Of a stretch of 64,000 nt of DNA, positions 8,312-17,481 are shown in pieces (within the stretch, counting starts at the first letter, position 1; each line of letters starts with the position of its first letter). Made by a program: the position numbers and the translations under genes. Source of the stretch: Pseudomonadota bacterium (lineage in GTDB: Bacteria; Bdellovibrionota_B; Oligoflexia; Silvanigrellales; Silvanigrellaceae); assembly GCA_039799905.1 (NCBI GenBank), contig JBDLRP010000039.1:32001-96000 (forward strand), read 5' to 3'. The notes under the pieces were generated by a model. The model did not search any database and was not told the origin of the DNA. It worked only from the letters and a program-made list of their open reading frames with translations.

Positions 8312-9235
8312 TTACTGGAGCAAGCGGAGTGCCGCCTGAGGCGACTGGTTGGCCTGAGAAAGAACCGCCACACCAGCTTGTTTGAGGATGTTGGACTGCG
8401 TAAGTTTCGCAGTTTCATCCGCAAAGTCGGTATCGCGAATACGGCTGTTGGCAGCCGCAAAGTTCTCGCTCTGCACCGAGAGGTTGTTGATCGTCGAGCC
8501 GAGGCGGCTTTGGATCGCACCAAGGTAGGAGCGATACTCAGCAACCTTCTGGATTGCGGAATCAAGAGTCCCGAGGGACTGCTGAGCGCTTTCCTTGCTG
8601 TCGACGCGTGTTCCACCGTCTTCAGTACTCTTGCCAAGGTTCAGACCATTGGAATCGGTGTTGGTGTTGAGGTTTTGCAGGTCGATGCGAATGACGTTGA
8701 CCGGATTCGCCTGACCTTTTTCATCAACTCCGCCGAAATAGTCTTTACCCACTTGAATCTCGAGTGGATACGCATTGCTGCGGTTCACAAGAGATGGATC
8801 CAAGGATTCCTGATTGCCGACGAGAAGTCGTGTTCCGTTGTACTCGGTCGCGTTGGTGATACGGTCGATTTCGTCCTTCAGGGAGCTGTACTCCTTGTTG
8901 AGAAATCCACGTTCCGTGTTACCGATCGTATCCGAGCTCGACTGAACAGCAAGTTCACGCAAGCGTGACAGGATGTTCCCTACTTCCGACAATCCCCCTT
9001 CTGCAGTCTGGACGAGTGAGACACCATCGCTGGCGTTTCTCTTAGCCATATTCAAGCCACGGATATCGGCCTTCAACTTCTCAGAGATGGCCAAACCTGC
9101 TGCGTCGTCGGCAGCCTTGTTAATCCGGTAGCCGGAAGCCAGCTTTTCCATCGATGAGTTGTTAGCCTCAGTCGAGGTCACCAAGTTCCGCTGCGAGTTC
9201 AGAGACTGAACGTTGGTTTGTATCCGCAAACCCAT
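8312..9235 (-). CDS. fliC: Flagellin
   Basis: MGLRIQTNVQSLNSQR, LASGYRINKAADDAAGLAIS, and C-terminal SRIRDTDFADETAKLTQSNILKQAG...ALRLL. Confidence 0.98.
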   Translation of the reverse strand: MGLRIQTNVQSLNSQRNLVTSTEANNSSMEKLASGYRINKAADDAAGLAISEKLKADIRGLNMAKRNASDGVSLVQTAEGGLSEVGNILSRLRELAVQSSSDTIGNTERGFLNKEYSSLKDEIDRITNATEYNGTRLLVGNQESLDPSLVNRSNAYPLEIQVGKDYFGGVDEKGQANPVNVIRIDLQNLNTNTDSNGLNLGKSTEDGGTRVDSKESAQQSLGTLDSAIQKVAEYRSYLGAIQSRLGSTINNLSVQSENFAAANSRIRDTDFADETAKLTQSNILKQAGVAVLSQANQSPQAALRLLQ

Positions 9236-9239
9236 ACGG

Positions 9240-9425
9240 TATTCCTCCTAGAAACCGGCCGGCACTTCCTATGTGCGCAAGCCGACGGGTCTTCCTGACC
9301 CTGTGATGTAAAAAAACCCACATTCAATCAACGGAACCTGTACGAGGTGTCTTTCCTTGCACAATACGCCCGGACAATGTCCTTTGAACCGGCCGCCAAA
9401 AGTTGATTGACTTTCTGTCCTTGGG
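9240..9425 (-). promoter_or_regulatory. Flagellin leader with AGGA-loop hairpins (candidate CsrA sites)
   Basis: GGGUC-AGGAA-GACCC (9287-9301), GCAC-AUAGGAA-GUGC (9262-9276), further AAGGA motifs upstream and RBS AGGAGG. Confidence 0.6.
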
Positions 9426-9559
9426 ATCGGAGCATGTTGGCTTGTTATAAACGGTTAAAAGCTGCAGGGGCTGTCGGACCTCCGACAGGCCGACGGAATT
9501 GCAACTTGCAACGGCTTACAGCAGTGCCCTTTTTCCACGGATGGAGAGAGCAAAAGTCT

Positions 9560-9820
9560 ATGGGACAAGCGACAAACTCAGACGCTGCGCGCAGACACCC
9601 CTGGCGAGGCCAGCTGCTTGCCGTGAGGCAATATTTATACGTCGTAGAAGGCAGACCATTTTCAATTGAGGTGCAGGAGACCAAGTCGGGTCACCTGACA
9701 GCGCATGCCGAGAGCACCTCCGACCCTCACGAAGCGATTCACTCGCAGTCCGCAACCAACCTTGACGATGTTCTCAAAGCAATCACCAACGAGATAGATA
9801 CAAAGGTGTGCAAATGGTAA
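9560..9820 (+). CDS. Small hypothetical protein
   Basis: ATG 9560 after GGAGAG; compact alpha/beta pattern; overlaps the namZ start. Confidence 0.6.
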   Translation: MGQATNSDAARRHPWRGQLLAVRQYLYVVEGRPFSIEVQETKSGHLTAHAESTSDPHEAIHSQSATNLDDVLKAITNEIDTKVCKW

Positions 9821-11085
9821 CAGCAGGTATCGACAGAATCGTTCATGAGCCGCAACTTCTTGCCAATTTGGGCCGCATTGGTCTTGTCACCAATCAGGCC
9901 TGTACCACGCAGGATTACCAGCCCACCGTGCAGGTGATTGTTAACGCCCTTAAAAATAGCAAAAACTCAACACTGTCGTGTGTCTTTGGCCCGCAACACG
10001 GCTACGGACAGACCGAACAAGACAACATGATTGAAACCCCCGACAGCGAGCTGACCATCGCCGACGGAAAACGCGTTCCGCTCTTCAGCCTTTATTCAAA
10101 GACCCGTATCCCCACGCCCGAACAGCTTGCGGACGTCGACACACTGGTGCTCGACCTTCAAGACGTCGGCTGCCGCGTCTATACTTACATGCTTACACTT
10201 GCGGGATGCATGAGAGCCGCTCAAAAAGCGGGAAAGCGTGTCGTCGTTCTCGACAGACCCAACCCCCTGGGACTCAGCCGACAGAAAAAACGCGGCTCCC
10301 TGACACAGGGAAATTGCCTCGACTTGAAATGGGAAAGCTTCGTGGGCTGGTATTCCATTCCGATGCGACATGGCCTTTCGATGGGCGAACTGGGTAAATT
10401 TTTCCACGCCGAAGACAAGATGACCATTCCCTATGACGTCATCACCGTCGCAGGACTCAGCAGAAACACCCCGCTGAAAGAATTGGCTCAAAGGCGCTGG
10501 ACTCTGCCGAGCCCCAACCTGCCGACCTGGGAAACCACCTTTTGTTTTCCTGCATTCGTTGCGCTCGAGACGACCCAGATGAGCGAAGGCCGTGGTTCGA
10601 CACTCCCCTTTCAGACCGTCGGCGCGCCCGACCTGCCCGTCCAAAAGATTCTCTCCATCTTTGACAACTGGAACACATCGGCTCCGCAAGAGTACCGCTT
10701 TGCGGGTCTGAGATACCGCGCCCATGAATTTCGCCCGACCTTCAACAAGCACCAAGGAGCGCTCTGCAAGGGATTCCAAGTGCATGTCGACCAGCCTGAC
10801 GATTGCCACACGTTTGCGCTGGGAGTTCTCTTCCTTGCAGCTGCCTCGGCTGAATATGGAAAGTTCGAGTGGAAAGGACCCGGTTACGAATACAACTTCA
10901 AAGATCCGCCGGTTCACCTTGTGCTCGGCGACCACCGCTGGAAGGAATTCATCGATTCTCTGAGAGGAAAAGGCTGGTCTGAAAACGTCCGCTCGGGACT
11001 CATCGACATGCTGCGCTGGTCTGAAAAAGACGCGCAGCATTTTGAGGAAAAGGCGGCCGCGGCGCATCTCTATTCAGAAAACTGA
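9808..11085 (+). CDS. namZ: Exo-beta-N-acetylmuramidase NamZ (DUF1343/YbbC)
   Basis: GLVTNQ, FGPQHG, DLQDVGCRVYTY, VLDRPNPLG, RHGLSMGEL, PSPNLP and SEGRGSTLPF. Confidence 0.92.
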   Translation: MQMVTAGIDRIVHEPQLLANLGRIGLVTNQACTTQDYQPTVQVIVNALKNSKNSTLSCVFGPQHGYGQTEQDNMIETPDSELTIADGKRVPLFSLYSKTRIPTPEQLADVDTLVLDLQDVGCRVYTYMLTLAGCMRAAQKAGKRVVVLDRPNPLGLSRQKKRGSLTQGNCLDLKWESFVGWYSIPMRHGLSMGELGKFFHAEDKMTIPYDVITVAGLSRNTPLKELAQRRWTLPSPNLPTWETTFCFPAFVALETTQMSEGRGSTLPFQTVGAPDLPVQKILSIFDNWNTSAPQEYRFAGLRYRAHEFRPTFNKHQGALCKGFQVHVDQPDDCHTFALGVLFLAAASAEYGKFEWKGPGYEYNFKDPPVHLVLGDHRWKEFIDSLRGKGWSENVRSGLIDMLRWSEKDAQHFEEKAAAAHLYSEN

Positions 11086-11099
11086 GGTAGCAAGCAAGA

Positions 11100-13181
11100 A
11101 TGTATTCGCACAAACGATCATTCACAGGGCAATCATCGCGCTCTTTGGCTGCGCTCATCGACCCGCCGTTTCTTATATTCGGACTGGTCGCGGCTGCGAT
11201 TTTCTCGGTTGCCCACTCTGCGGTGACCTATCTCAAGGTTCACCACCACGTCCGTTCTCTGCCGGTTCCGCTCGAGAATTTTGATCTGTCAGCCATGCGA
11301 AACATTCTGCAAACAAATGCAAGCGTGCTGGACTTTCAAATCATCCTTTCGACGTGGATCGGTTTGATTATTCCGCTGATCGTTTTTGCCACCGCCATCC
11401 GTTGGACGCTGGCATCCCTGAGAGTCTCGGTGCAGCGATTGGTCACCATCGGTACGCTGAGCACCTTCTACTTTTGCAGCTTCATGACAATTGCGCTTGC
11501 CAATACAGATTGGACACCCGGCAACCGGCTTTTGAGCATCTTTTCTCCGTTTGGAACAAATTTCTTTCAAAGTGTGAGAGCCCTTTTGTGCCTTGCCGTG
11601 GCCATCGGCTGCCTTGTCACCCTGACAAAAAACGCCACCTCAAAGTTTAACCGCAACATGCGCTGGTTCGCTGCACTGGTGATTTTGCTGTCCACAATCA
11701 CGGTCGATTATTTCCACTCGCAAAGGCGTCGGGGCATCCACAGCTCCTATATGCGCGCACCTGCTTCGGTGCAGTTTATTTTCGTCATCCCCGGCCTGCG
11801 TCCGGTCGATTTGCAAAAATCTCTGCGGACGGAACAACTCAACGAGCTGCGCAACCAGCTCAGCTCCTTTCAGGAAGTACACCCCGGCACGCCCAGTCTA
11901 TTGGGACAATTTGTGACATCGATGCTCGGGCTGGAAGCCAACACTCACGGCATTCGCCACGATTTCACCGACCCGAGAATTCTCTCACAAACTTGGAATT
12001 CGATTGTAGAGAAGTCGTTCCCCAAAGGACATCAGGTGTATGCGACTTCCATCGGCGGACCTTCGCCGCTCGATTCGCTTGTCGGTGGCGAAACAGATGG
12101 CAAACGTTGCGGTCAGACACCGAAACAACTGGCCAAGCTGGGCCACTTTCAGGCATCAGTCATTCCCTACGCGTTGACTCCCAAAATAGTCGAGTCTGTG
12201 CTTATACCTGAAGTCGACTGCACCAACCGATTTCTCACCCTGCAGCAGCACCTTGCACAAGTTCAGGAGAGAATGACCGACACACTGCGCTCGCAGGGGC
12301 TGAGAACATTTCTTGTCTGGCTGGCACCCACCCTGCGCAATCATCATTCCAATGAGGCGTCGGGGCCCGCTGACTATGAAAGCTGGGAACAGCAGACCAA
12401 GAATATTTATGAGATTCTGCGCTCCCACAAACAGTTTTTGAACACGACGGGACTCACGGCATTTCATCAGACGTTTTTCGTCGGACTTTCGACTCCGGAA
12501 AGTGGAACAGCGGCATTCGTCAGATTCGACGGACAAACAAAATCACAGCTCACCGACCTGACGCTCGACTCGCCCGGCCAGCTCGGACAGATCTCGGTTG
12601 CAGATTTGCTGAGGACCCAGTCTACTGCCGAGATGAGTGATTCACCTTTCTTTTATTCAGAATTCACAGATACCCAAACGCCAGAAAATATCAGTTCACT
12701 GGCGCCTGAACTCAAGTACAACGGAGCAAACCCGAAAATTCAGGCGCGATTCCTCATCAATTCTGATCTACTGAGAAAAGCCATCGTCAATTCAAAACGA
12801 CACGTCATCTGCCAGAATGTAGCCTCGCCGACGGGACATCGACTTCTTGTCAAGGTGAGCCTCAATTTGCGGGCCACCGAGAACCGCCTGCCAGAACTCA
12901 CCTACGAAGATTTTCAATTCGAAAATCTGCCCTCTCCGGAAAATCAGTTGAAGCTTGATGACTGTTTGAAAAATGCGCGGGAAATTCTCACCGCGAGCGT
13001 TGCAAAGGATGTGTCTTTGCGCGACAGCTCCGCCTTCAAAACGCTGCTCACGGGCCTTCCCGTAAAGTCGGTTAGAATGCTGACAGAGCCTTTGGAAACA
13101 AGCAGCGAGAGCGAAGACGAAGCATTCGACAGGGATACATCTGCTGTCCCGACCATGCCCGATGAGGAGCAAGAGGAATGA
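11100..13181 (+). CDS. Membrane protein with degenerate sulfatase/alkaline-phosphatase-like domain
   Basis: About five N-terminal TM helices, then FIFVIPGLRPVDL and TSMLGLEANTHGIRHDF resembling sulfatase DxLRxD and S..TG..P..HG motifs without the catalytic residues. Confidence 0.55.
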   Translation: MYSHKRSFTGQSSRSLAALIDPPFLIFGLVAAAIFSVAHSAVTYLKVHHHVRSLPVPLENFDLSAMRNILQTNASVLDFQIILSTWIGLIIPLIVFATAIRWTLASLRVSVQRLVTIGTLSTFYFCSFMTIALANTDWTPGNRLLSIFSPFGTNFFQSVRALLCLAVAIGCLVTLTKNATSKFNRNMRWFAALVILLSTITVDYFHSQRRRGIHSSYMRAPASVQFIFVIPGLRPVDLQKSLRTEQLNELRNQLSSFQEVHPGTPSLLGQFVTSMLGLEANTHGIRHDFTDPRILSQTWNSIVEKSFPKGHQVYATSIGGPSPLDSLVGGETDGKRCGQTPKQLAKLGHFQASVIPYALTPKIVESVLIPEVDCTNRFLTLQQHLAQVQERMTDTLRSQGLRTFLVWLAPTLRNHHSNEASGPADYESWEQQTKNIYEILRSHKQFLNTTGLTAFHQTFFVGLSTPESGTAAFVRFDGQTKSQLTDLTLDSPGQLGQISVADLLRTQSTAEMSDSPFFYSEFTDTQTPENISSLAPELKYNGANPKIQARFLINSDLLRKAIVNSKRHVICQNVASPTGHRLLVKVSLNLRATENRLPELTYEDFQFENLPSPENQLKLDDCLKNAREILTASVAKDVSLRDSSAFKTLLTGLPVKSVRMLTEPLETSSESEDEAFDRDTSAVPTMPDEEQEE

Positions 13182-15655
13182 GCCGGAAAACCAAACTTCG
13201 CTCAGTCAAACGCGGATCCAAGAGTGTTGACTGGGAAACGGTCATTTTATTGTGGACGATTGCCATCGCGGGCGTCGTTGTTCTGGCAATCGTTTTCTCT
13301 ATGGGTTCGCGCAGGGCTGACACCGACGGCGCGGGAATTTCGTATTTTGACCAGCTCCGCAACCGCGTGAGAGGCTGGCAAGCACCGTTCGTCGCTCATC
13401 AGAAGCAGAACATCCCCGACTCGCGCACGCATTCCGGTTTTCATTTCCAATGGAATCAGAAACTGAATCCGCCCAACTGGAAGCTTGAGCAAAAACAGGG
13501 CGTGGATCGAAACGCGGACGTGTTGAATATTTTAAAAATTGGCCGCGCCAAGGTGACGCTCCATCAGCTCTCGGATCGCCCGGAGCTCTTTGAACTGCGT
13601 GAAACTCTATCAAAAGATGGCAGCGCGCTGGTCAGCAAACGAATTCTTCCCCTTCTTCCTGGTGAGCAACTCGCACTCAGTTATTCTTCGCTCGCCAATT
13701 CAAAACTTTGGAAATTAAGGCTGCGTACCATCGGCACCACTCAGGACCGTCTGGATGCTCCGCTCAAAATTCTCCACGGTTTTGATGGAGTGGAACCGAC
13801 ACAACTTGATGTCGATCCACGCGGGACGGCAGTCGACCTCGACATCCCGAGTGCCGGTGAATTCGCTCGAAACGGGGCGAAAATTTTTCACATCCAGTGG
13901 CCGGAAACGGCATCCGGACTGCTCTCGGTTGAGGGGCTGCAGTTGCCCGCTCCCGAAAACGAGCAGCGCGCGGGTCATTTGCGGACATTGATTGTGCATC
14001 TGGATAAATTGGATCATTCGCTGACCGCATTGAACCAAACACTCGCAGCTCTTAAAAAGGCGACCGCCTCAAGGCATTCGACGATTCATCTCAAGCAGGT
14101 GATTCCGCCGACCGAAGATCCGCTGCTGTCGCAAAAGTCGCTGTTGACTTGGCGCACGCCGGTCGAACTCGGTGCAACACTCAGCAACGGCGAGCTGAAA
14201 ACGTTTGTGAACTCTGAACCGACACTGTTGAAGAAATATTCGGCACGCGGCGGTTCTGTCAGACGCATGACAATTTCACCGTCGGCTGAGCGCTGCAAAA
14301 ACGATTGTTCCATTCGCCCTGCGAGTGATTCTTGGGCCGATGATTTCAGCTCGTCCGTTGCGGTCAGCCGCCGCGACGAAATAAGTTCGCTCACATCGCT
14401 TGTCCGTAAAGATGCATTTTTCAATGATGCAGGCCTTCTCTTGGTTGACCTGCAGTTTCCCGCCGAGGAACTGCGTCTCAACTGGACGACGGCATTCAGG
14501 TCCGACCTCTCTTTCCTGCATTGGGTACACGCGGGATTACGCAGCCTTGCCGGACTTCCGACTGACAAGTTTAATCAGGCTGAAAAAACAGCTCAGACCG
14601 ACGCATTGCTGGCTCAAGTGATCGAATCTTTTTTCGCCACATCCAGCCGCGCAAACGTTGCTATTTTTCTGCATAAGAAACCCGAAAAAAGCAAACCTGC
14701 CGACTCCTTGGCAACGCACGCGGAGTCATCTGAACTTGCGCAGGGCGAAGCGCTCTTGAGCATGCTGAGCCCCAGCGAGGACGATACCGCGACAAAAGAA
14801 CTCACAGCGATTGACAGAAAAATTTCGCTACTGAATGTCATAAAGCTGTTTGAAAAATTGAGTTATCCGAAGGATGAGCCCGAAGAGCTTGCAGCGCTGA
14901 CGGATGAACTCGCCATCGACGCAGCACCGGTCACTCAGCTCAACAAGAGCACGCTCACAACCCTGACGACGCAGGGATGGCTCAAAGACCCCTTGCCGAA
15001 TCTTGAGAATCGCAGCGGCGGAGCAATATTCTCGGCCAAACCAGCAGAGACCTACTCCGTTCAGGAAAAGGCGCAGTCGGAGCGCAGGCGCTCGCGGCTC
15101 AACAGTTTGCATTTGCTGCTGCCAAACAACAATGAAAAAGACGAAGCACTCTCGCTCACTCTGCAAACCAATCTCAAGCCGCTCGCCTGTGAGTCTGAGA
15201 GTGAGCACGCGCAGCTTGAGCCGCGGTCTGCAGAAACGGCCCCAACCCCCGACAAACTGCAAACCTATAAAATTCTTGGCCGGCGCAACGCACAGAGCCA
15301 GTGGCACGTTCACTGCCTGCTGGACGGACGAATCACCACCAACACACGGCTGAGAATTGTCGCGCGTCTGAACAACGAATCAATTGCCCGCGACCGGATT
15401 GGATTGGGCGAGTTCTCACTTCCCGTGCGCGGCTTTCTTTGGCGCTCCCCGGAAACTTTGGAACTCACCGGTGCGCAGATTCTTGATGCCACTTCGGCAG
15501 TAAGTTTTGCGGACAAAGATTCAGCCAAACAGACGTCAGTCGTCATTTGGACAGACTCCGTGCCGACGAGCATCGAAAAGCCGCGGGCCGTGTTTGCGAC
15601 TCCGGAGGTGCCCGTCGCATCGCCAGCCAAAGAAGAGCGATTGAGCGGAAAATAG
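13178..15655 (+). CDS. Large membrane-anchored hypothetical protein, possible degenerate sulfatase fold
   Basis: Single N-terminal TM helix; RTLIVHLDKL and KSLLTWRTPVELG weakly echo sulfatase motifs; ATGA coupling to the upstream gene. Confidence 0.5.
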   Translation: MSRKTKLRSVKRGSKSVDWETVILLWTIAIAGVVVLAIVFSMGSRRADTDGAGISYFDQLRNRVRGWQAPFVAHQKQNIPDSRTHSGFHFQWNQKLNPPNWKLEQKQGVDRNADVLNILKIGRAKVTLHQLSDRPELFELRETLSKDGSALVSKRILPLLPGEQLALSYSSLANSKLWKLRLRTIGTTQDRLDAPLKILHGFDGVEPTQLDVDPRGTAVDLDIPSAGEFARNGAKIFHIQWPETASGLLSVEGLQLPAPENEQRAGHLRTLIVHLDKLDHSLTALNQTLAALKKATASRHSTIHLKQVIPPTEDPLLSQKSLLTWRTPVELGATLSNGELKTFVNSEPTLLKKYSARGGSVRRMTISPSAERCKNDCSIRPASDSWADDFSSSVAVSRRDEISSLTSLVRKDAFFNDAGLLLVDLQFPAEELRLNWTTAFRSDLSFLHWVHAGLRSLAGLPTDKFNQAEKTAQTDALLAQVIESFFATSSRANVAIFLHKKPEKSKPADSLATHAESSELAQGEALLSMLSPSEDDTATKELTAIDRKISLLNVIKLFEKLSYPKDEPEELAALTDELAIDAAPVTQLNKSTLTTLTTQGWLKDPLPNLENRSGGAIFSAKPAETYSVQEKAQSERRRSRLNSLHLLLPNNNEKDEALSLTLQTNLKPLACESESEHAQLEPRSAETAPTPDKLQTYKILGRRNAQSQWHVHCLLDGRITTNTRLRIVARLNNESIARDRIGLGEFSLPVRGFLWRSPETLELTGAQILDATSAVSFADKDSAKQTSVVIWTDSVPTSIEKPRAVFATPEVPVASPAKEERLSGK

Positions 15656-15665
15656 GAGCACGGCA

Positions 15666-17246
15666 ATGGCGACTCGCAGAGCATTCACGCAACAGGGTGA
15701 ACTGCTGAAACTCTCCGGCGATACATTCTCCATCAAGGAAGAATTGAAGAAACTCGGCGCCCGCTACGACGGCGGGCAGAAATGTTGGTTTGTTTCGCAC
15801 GCCGAACAAACTCTCAAGAAACTCGAATTTCTAGGATTCCTGCCCGCCCCTGCGACTCCTGAATTACCCAGGCAACCCGCTGCTGATGGACAACTCGCTC
15901 AACCGGTCGAAGAGACAGAAGGTGCCGAGCAGACATGGACGGTCGCGCAGTTCACTCTTTTTGTCGACAAGATATTCCGCCAGCATCTGAGCTTTGATTT
16001 CTGGATTGTCGGCGAGGTTTCTTCACTGAAGTCATCGGGCGGCCACGTTTATTTTGATTTGACCGAACCTGTGGCCGACGATCAACGTGCCCTGAACTCA
16101 GGACGGGCGGTGTCTGTCTCGTGTTGCCTGTGGGCGGGAAAGGTGCGGCTGCTTGCTGACAAGTTGAACGACTTTCCACTTGCGGACGGAGTTCGCGTCC
16201 GTTTGAAGGTCAATTGCGACTTCCGCCGCGAGGGCTCGCGGCTCAGCCTGATCGTCAACGACGTCGATCCGCAATTCACACTTGGCGATCTCGCGCTCAA
16301 ACGGCAGCAAATCGTGCGCGAATTAAAGCGACGTGGATTGTATGACCGGCAACGGATGCACAGCAGATGGCCCGAACTGCCGCTGCGGATTGCCCTCATC
16401 ACCGCCGCCGGCTCACGTGCACAAACCGACTTCATGAACGAACTTGCCTTGTCACACCTCGCGTTCAGCGTGACGCTCTTTGATTGCTTCATGCAGGGCG
16501 ATCATGTGCGCGCAAGCGTCACCGAATCACTTGCCATGATTGCCTCGGGCGCTCAGGGGAGCTTTGATTGCATCGTGATCACCCGTGGGGGCGGTTCAAG
16601 ACTTGATCTGCGCTGGTTCGACGACCTCGATATCTGCAAGGCGATTGCCTATGCCGATTGTCCCGTGATGACCGCTATCGGGCACTTTGAGGACGTCAGC
16701 ATCGCAGACGAAGTCGCCTCGCTTGCAGAAAAAACTCCGACCGCGGCGGCCCGCTTTTTGGTCAACAAGGTTGCAAGCGGATTTGAACGGCTGCTCGGCG
16801 GACTCGAACGCGCAGCGCGCCTTGCGCAACACAAAATTCAGCGTGAAAGGCAAATTCTGGACAGAATCGACCTGCGTTTGGAGCAGTCGGCGAAAACCAG
16901 ACTTTCGCGTGAATCCGACAAGCTGCACACCGCTCTGCGCGCATTGAAACTGGTTCAGAACACGGCCGCCCGCCCGCTCCGCATGGGCTACACATTCCTG
17001 CGCGCTGGCAAACTTTCGGACTCGGGTCAAAGTGACCGCCACATCACGGCAGATGACTTTCTCACATCTGCTCCACCGCAGAGCGTCGAGGCTCAATTGT
17101 GGAGTGCAAAGCATAACGCCCAAGTTTTAGTCGAAATGAGTGTCGTGTCTGTCCGGCAGCTGCCCTTGCCTGTCGACGTGTTGGAGTCCATGGTGGATAC
17201 AAAGCAGACACCCCAATCTTCATCACAGGAACCCCATGGAAGATAA
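15666..17246 (+). CDS. xseA: Exodeoxyribonuclease VII large subunit with N-terminal extension
   Basis: WIVGEVSS..GHVYFDL OB fold, RIALIT, QGD, VITRGGGS..DL..FD, TAIGHFED.SIAD.VA and TPTAAA. Confidence 0.93.
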   Translation: MATRRAFTQQGELLKLSGDTFSIKEELKKLGARYDGGQKCWFVSHAEQTLKKLEFLGFLPAPATPELPRQPAADGQLAQPVEETEGAEQTWTVAQFTLFVDKIFRQHLSFDFWIVGEVSSLKSSGGHVYFDLTEPVADDQRALNSGRAVSVSCCLWAGKVRLLADKLNDFPLADGVRVRLKVNCDFRREGSRLSLIVNDVDPQFTLGDLALKRQQIVRELKRRGLYDRQRMHSRWPELPLRIALITAAGSRAQTDFMNELALSHLAFSVTLFDCFMQGDHVRASVTESLAMIASGAQGSFDCIVITRGGGSRLDLRWFDDLDICKAIAYADCPVMTAIGHFEDVSIADEVASLAEKTPTAAARFLVNKVASGFERLLGGLERAARLAQHKIQRERQILDRIDLRLEQSAKTRLSRESDKLHTALRALKLVQNTAARPLRMGYTFLRAGKLSDSGQSDRHITADDFLTSAPPQSVEAQLWSAKHNAQVLVEMSVVSVRQLPLPVDVLESMVDTKQTPQSSSQEPHGR

Positions 17247-17481
17247 CAAAGCCGCGTCTTTTAAGGATTTACAAAGCCAGCTCCAGCGTATCCTGGGAAC
17301 ACTCGAGCAGGACTCGACGTCGCTCGATGAAATAGCGGTCCTGCTCAAGAGCGGGTTTGAGACTGTGGATGCGCTCAGGGCCCGACTGGGCGAAACCGAG
17401 GCCCAGATTGAAAACATCATTTCGCTCCGGCACAACAGCAGCGCCGGTCTGATCGACAAAAACGAAGGAGAATCACTCTGA
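17236..17481 (+). CDS. xseB: Exodeoxyribonuclease VII small subunit
   Basis: ATG 17236 after AGGA; SFKDLQSQLQRILGTLEQDSTSLDE...L..RL.ETEAQI pattern; directly after xseA. Confidence 0.85.
   Translation: MEDNKAASFKDLQSQLQRILGTLEQDSTSLDEIAVLLKSGFETVDALRARLGETEAQIENIISLRHNSSAGLIDKNEGESL

Noticed and set aside
8135..8968. 277-aa plus-strand ORF, and similar long antisense ORFs (10096..11067, 22284..23015, 29041..29904, 30369..31268)
   Set aside because: They lie opposite well-supported genes and have no motifs; expected codon-bias shadows.
9420..9460. Sigma-28 promoter for flagellin (TTAT-N15-TCCGATCC)
   Set aside because: Both boxes deviate from TAAA/GCCGATAA; too weak to call.
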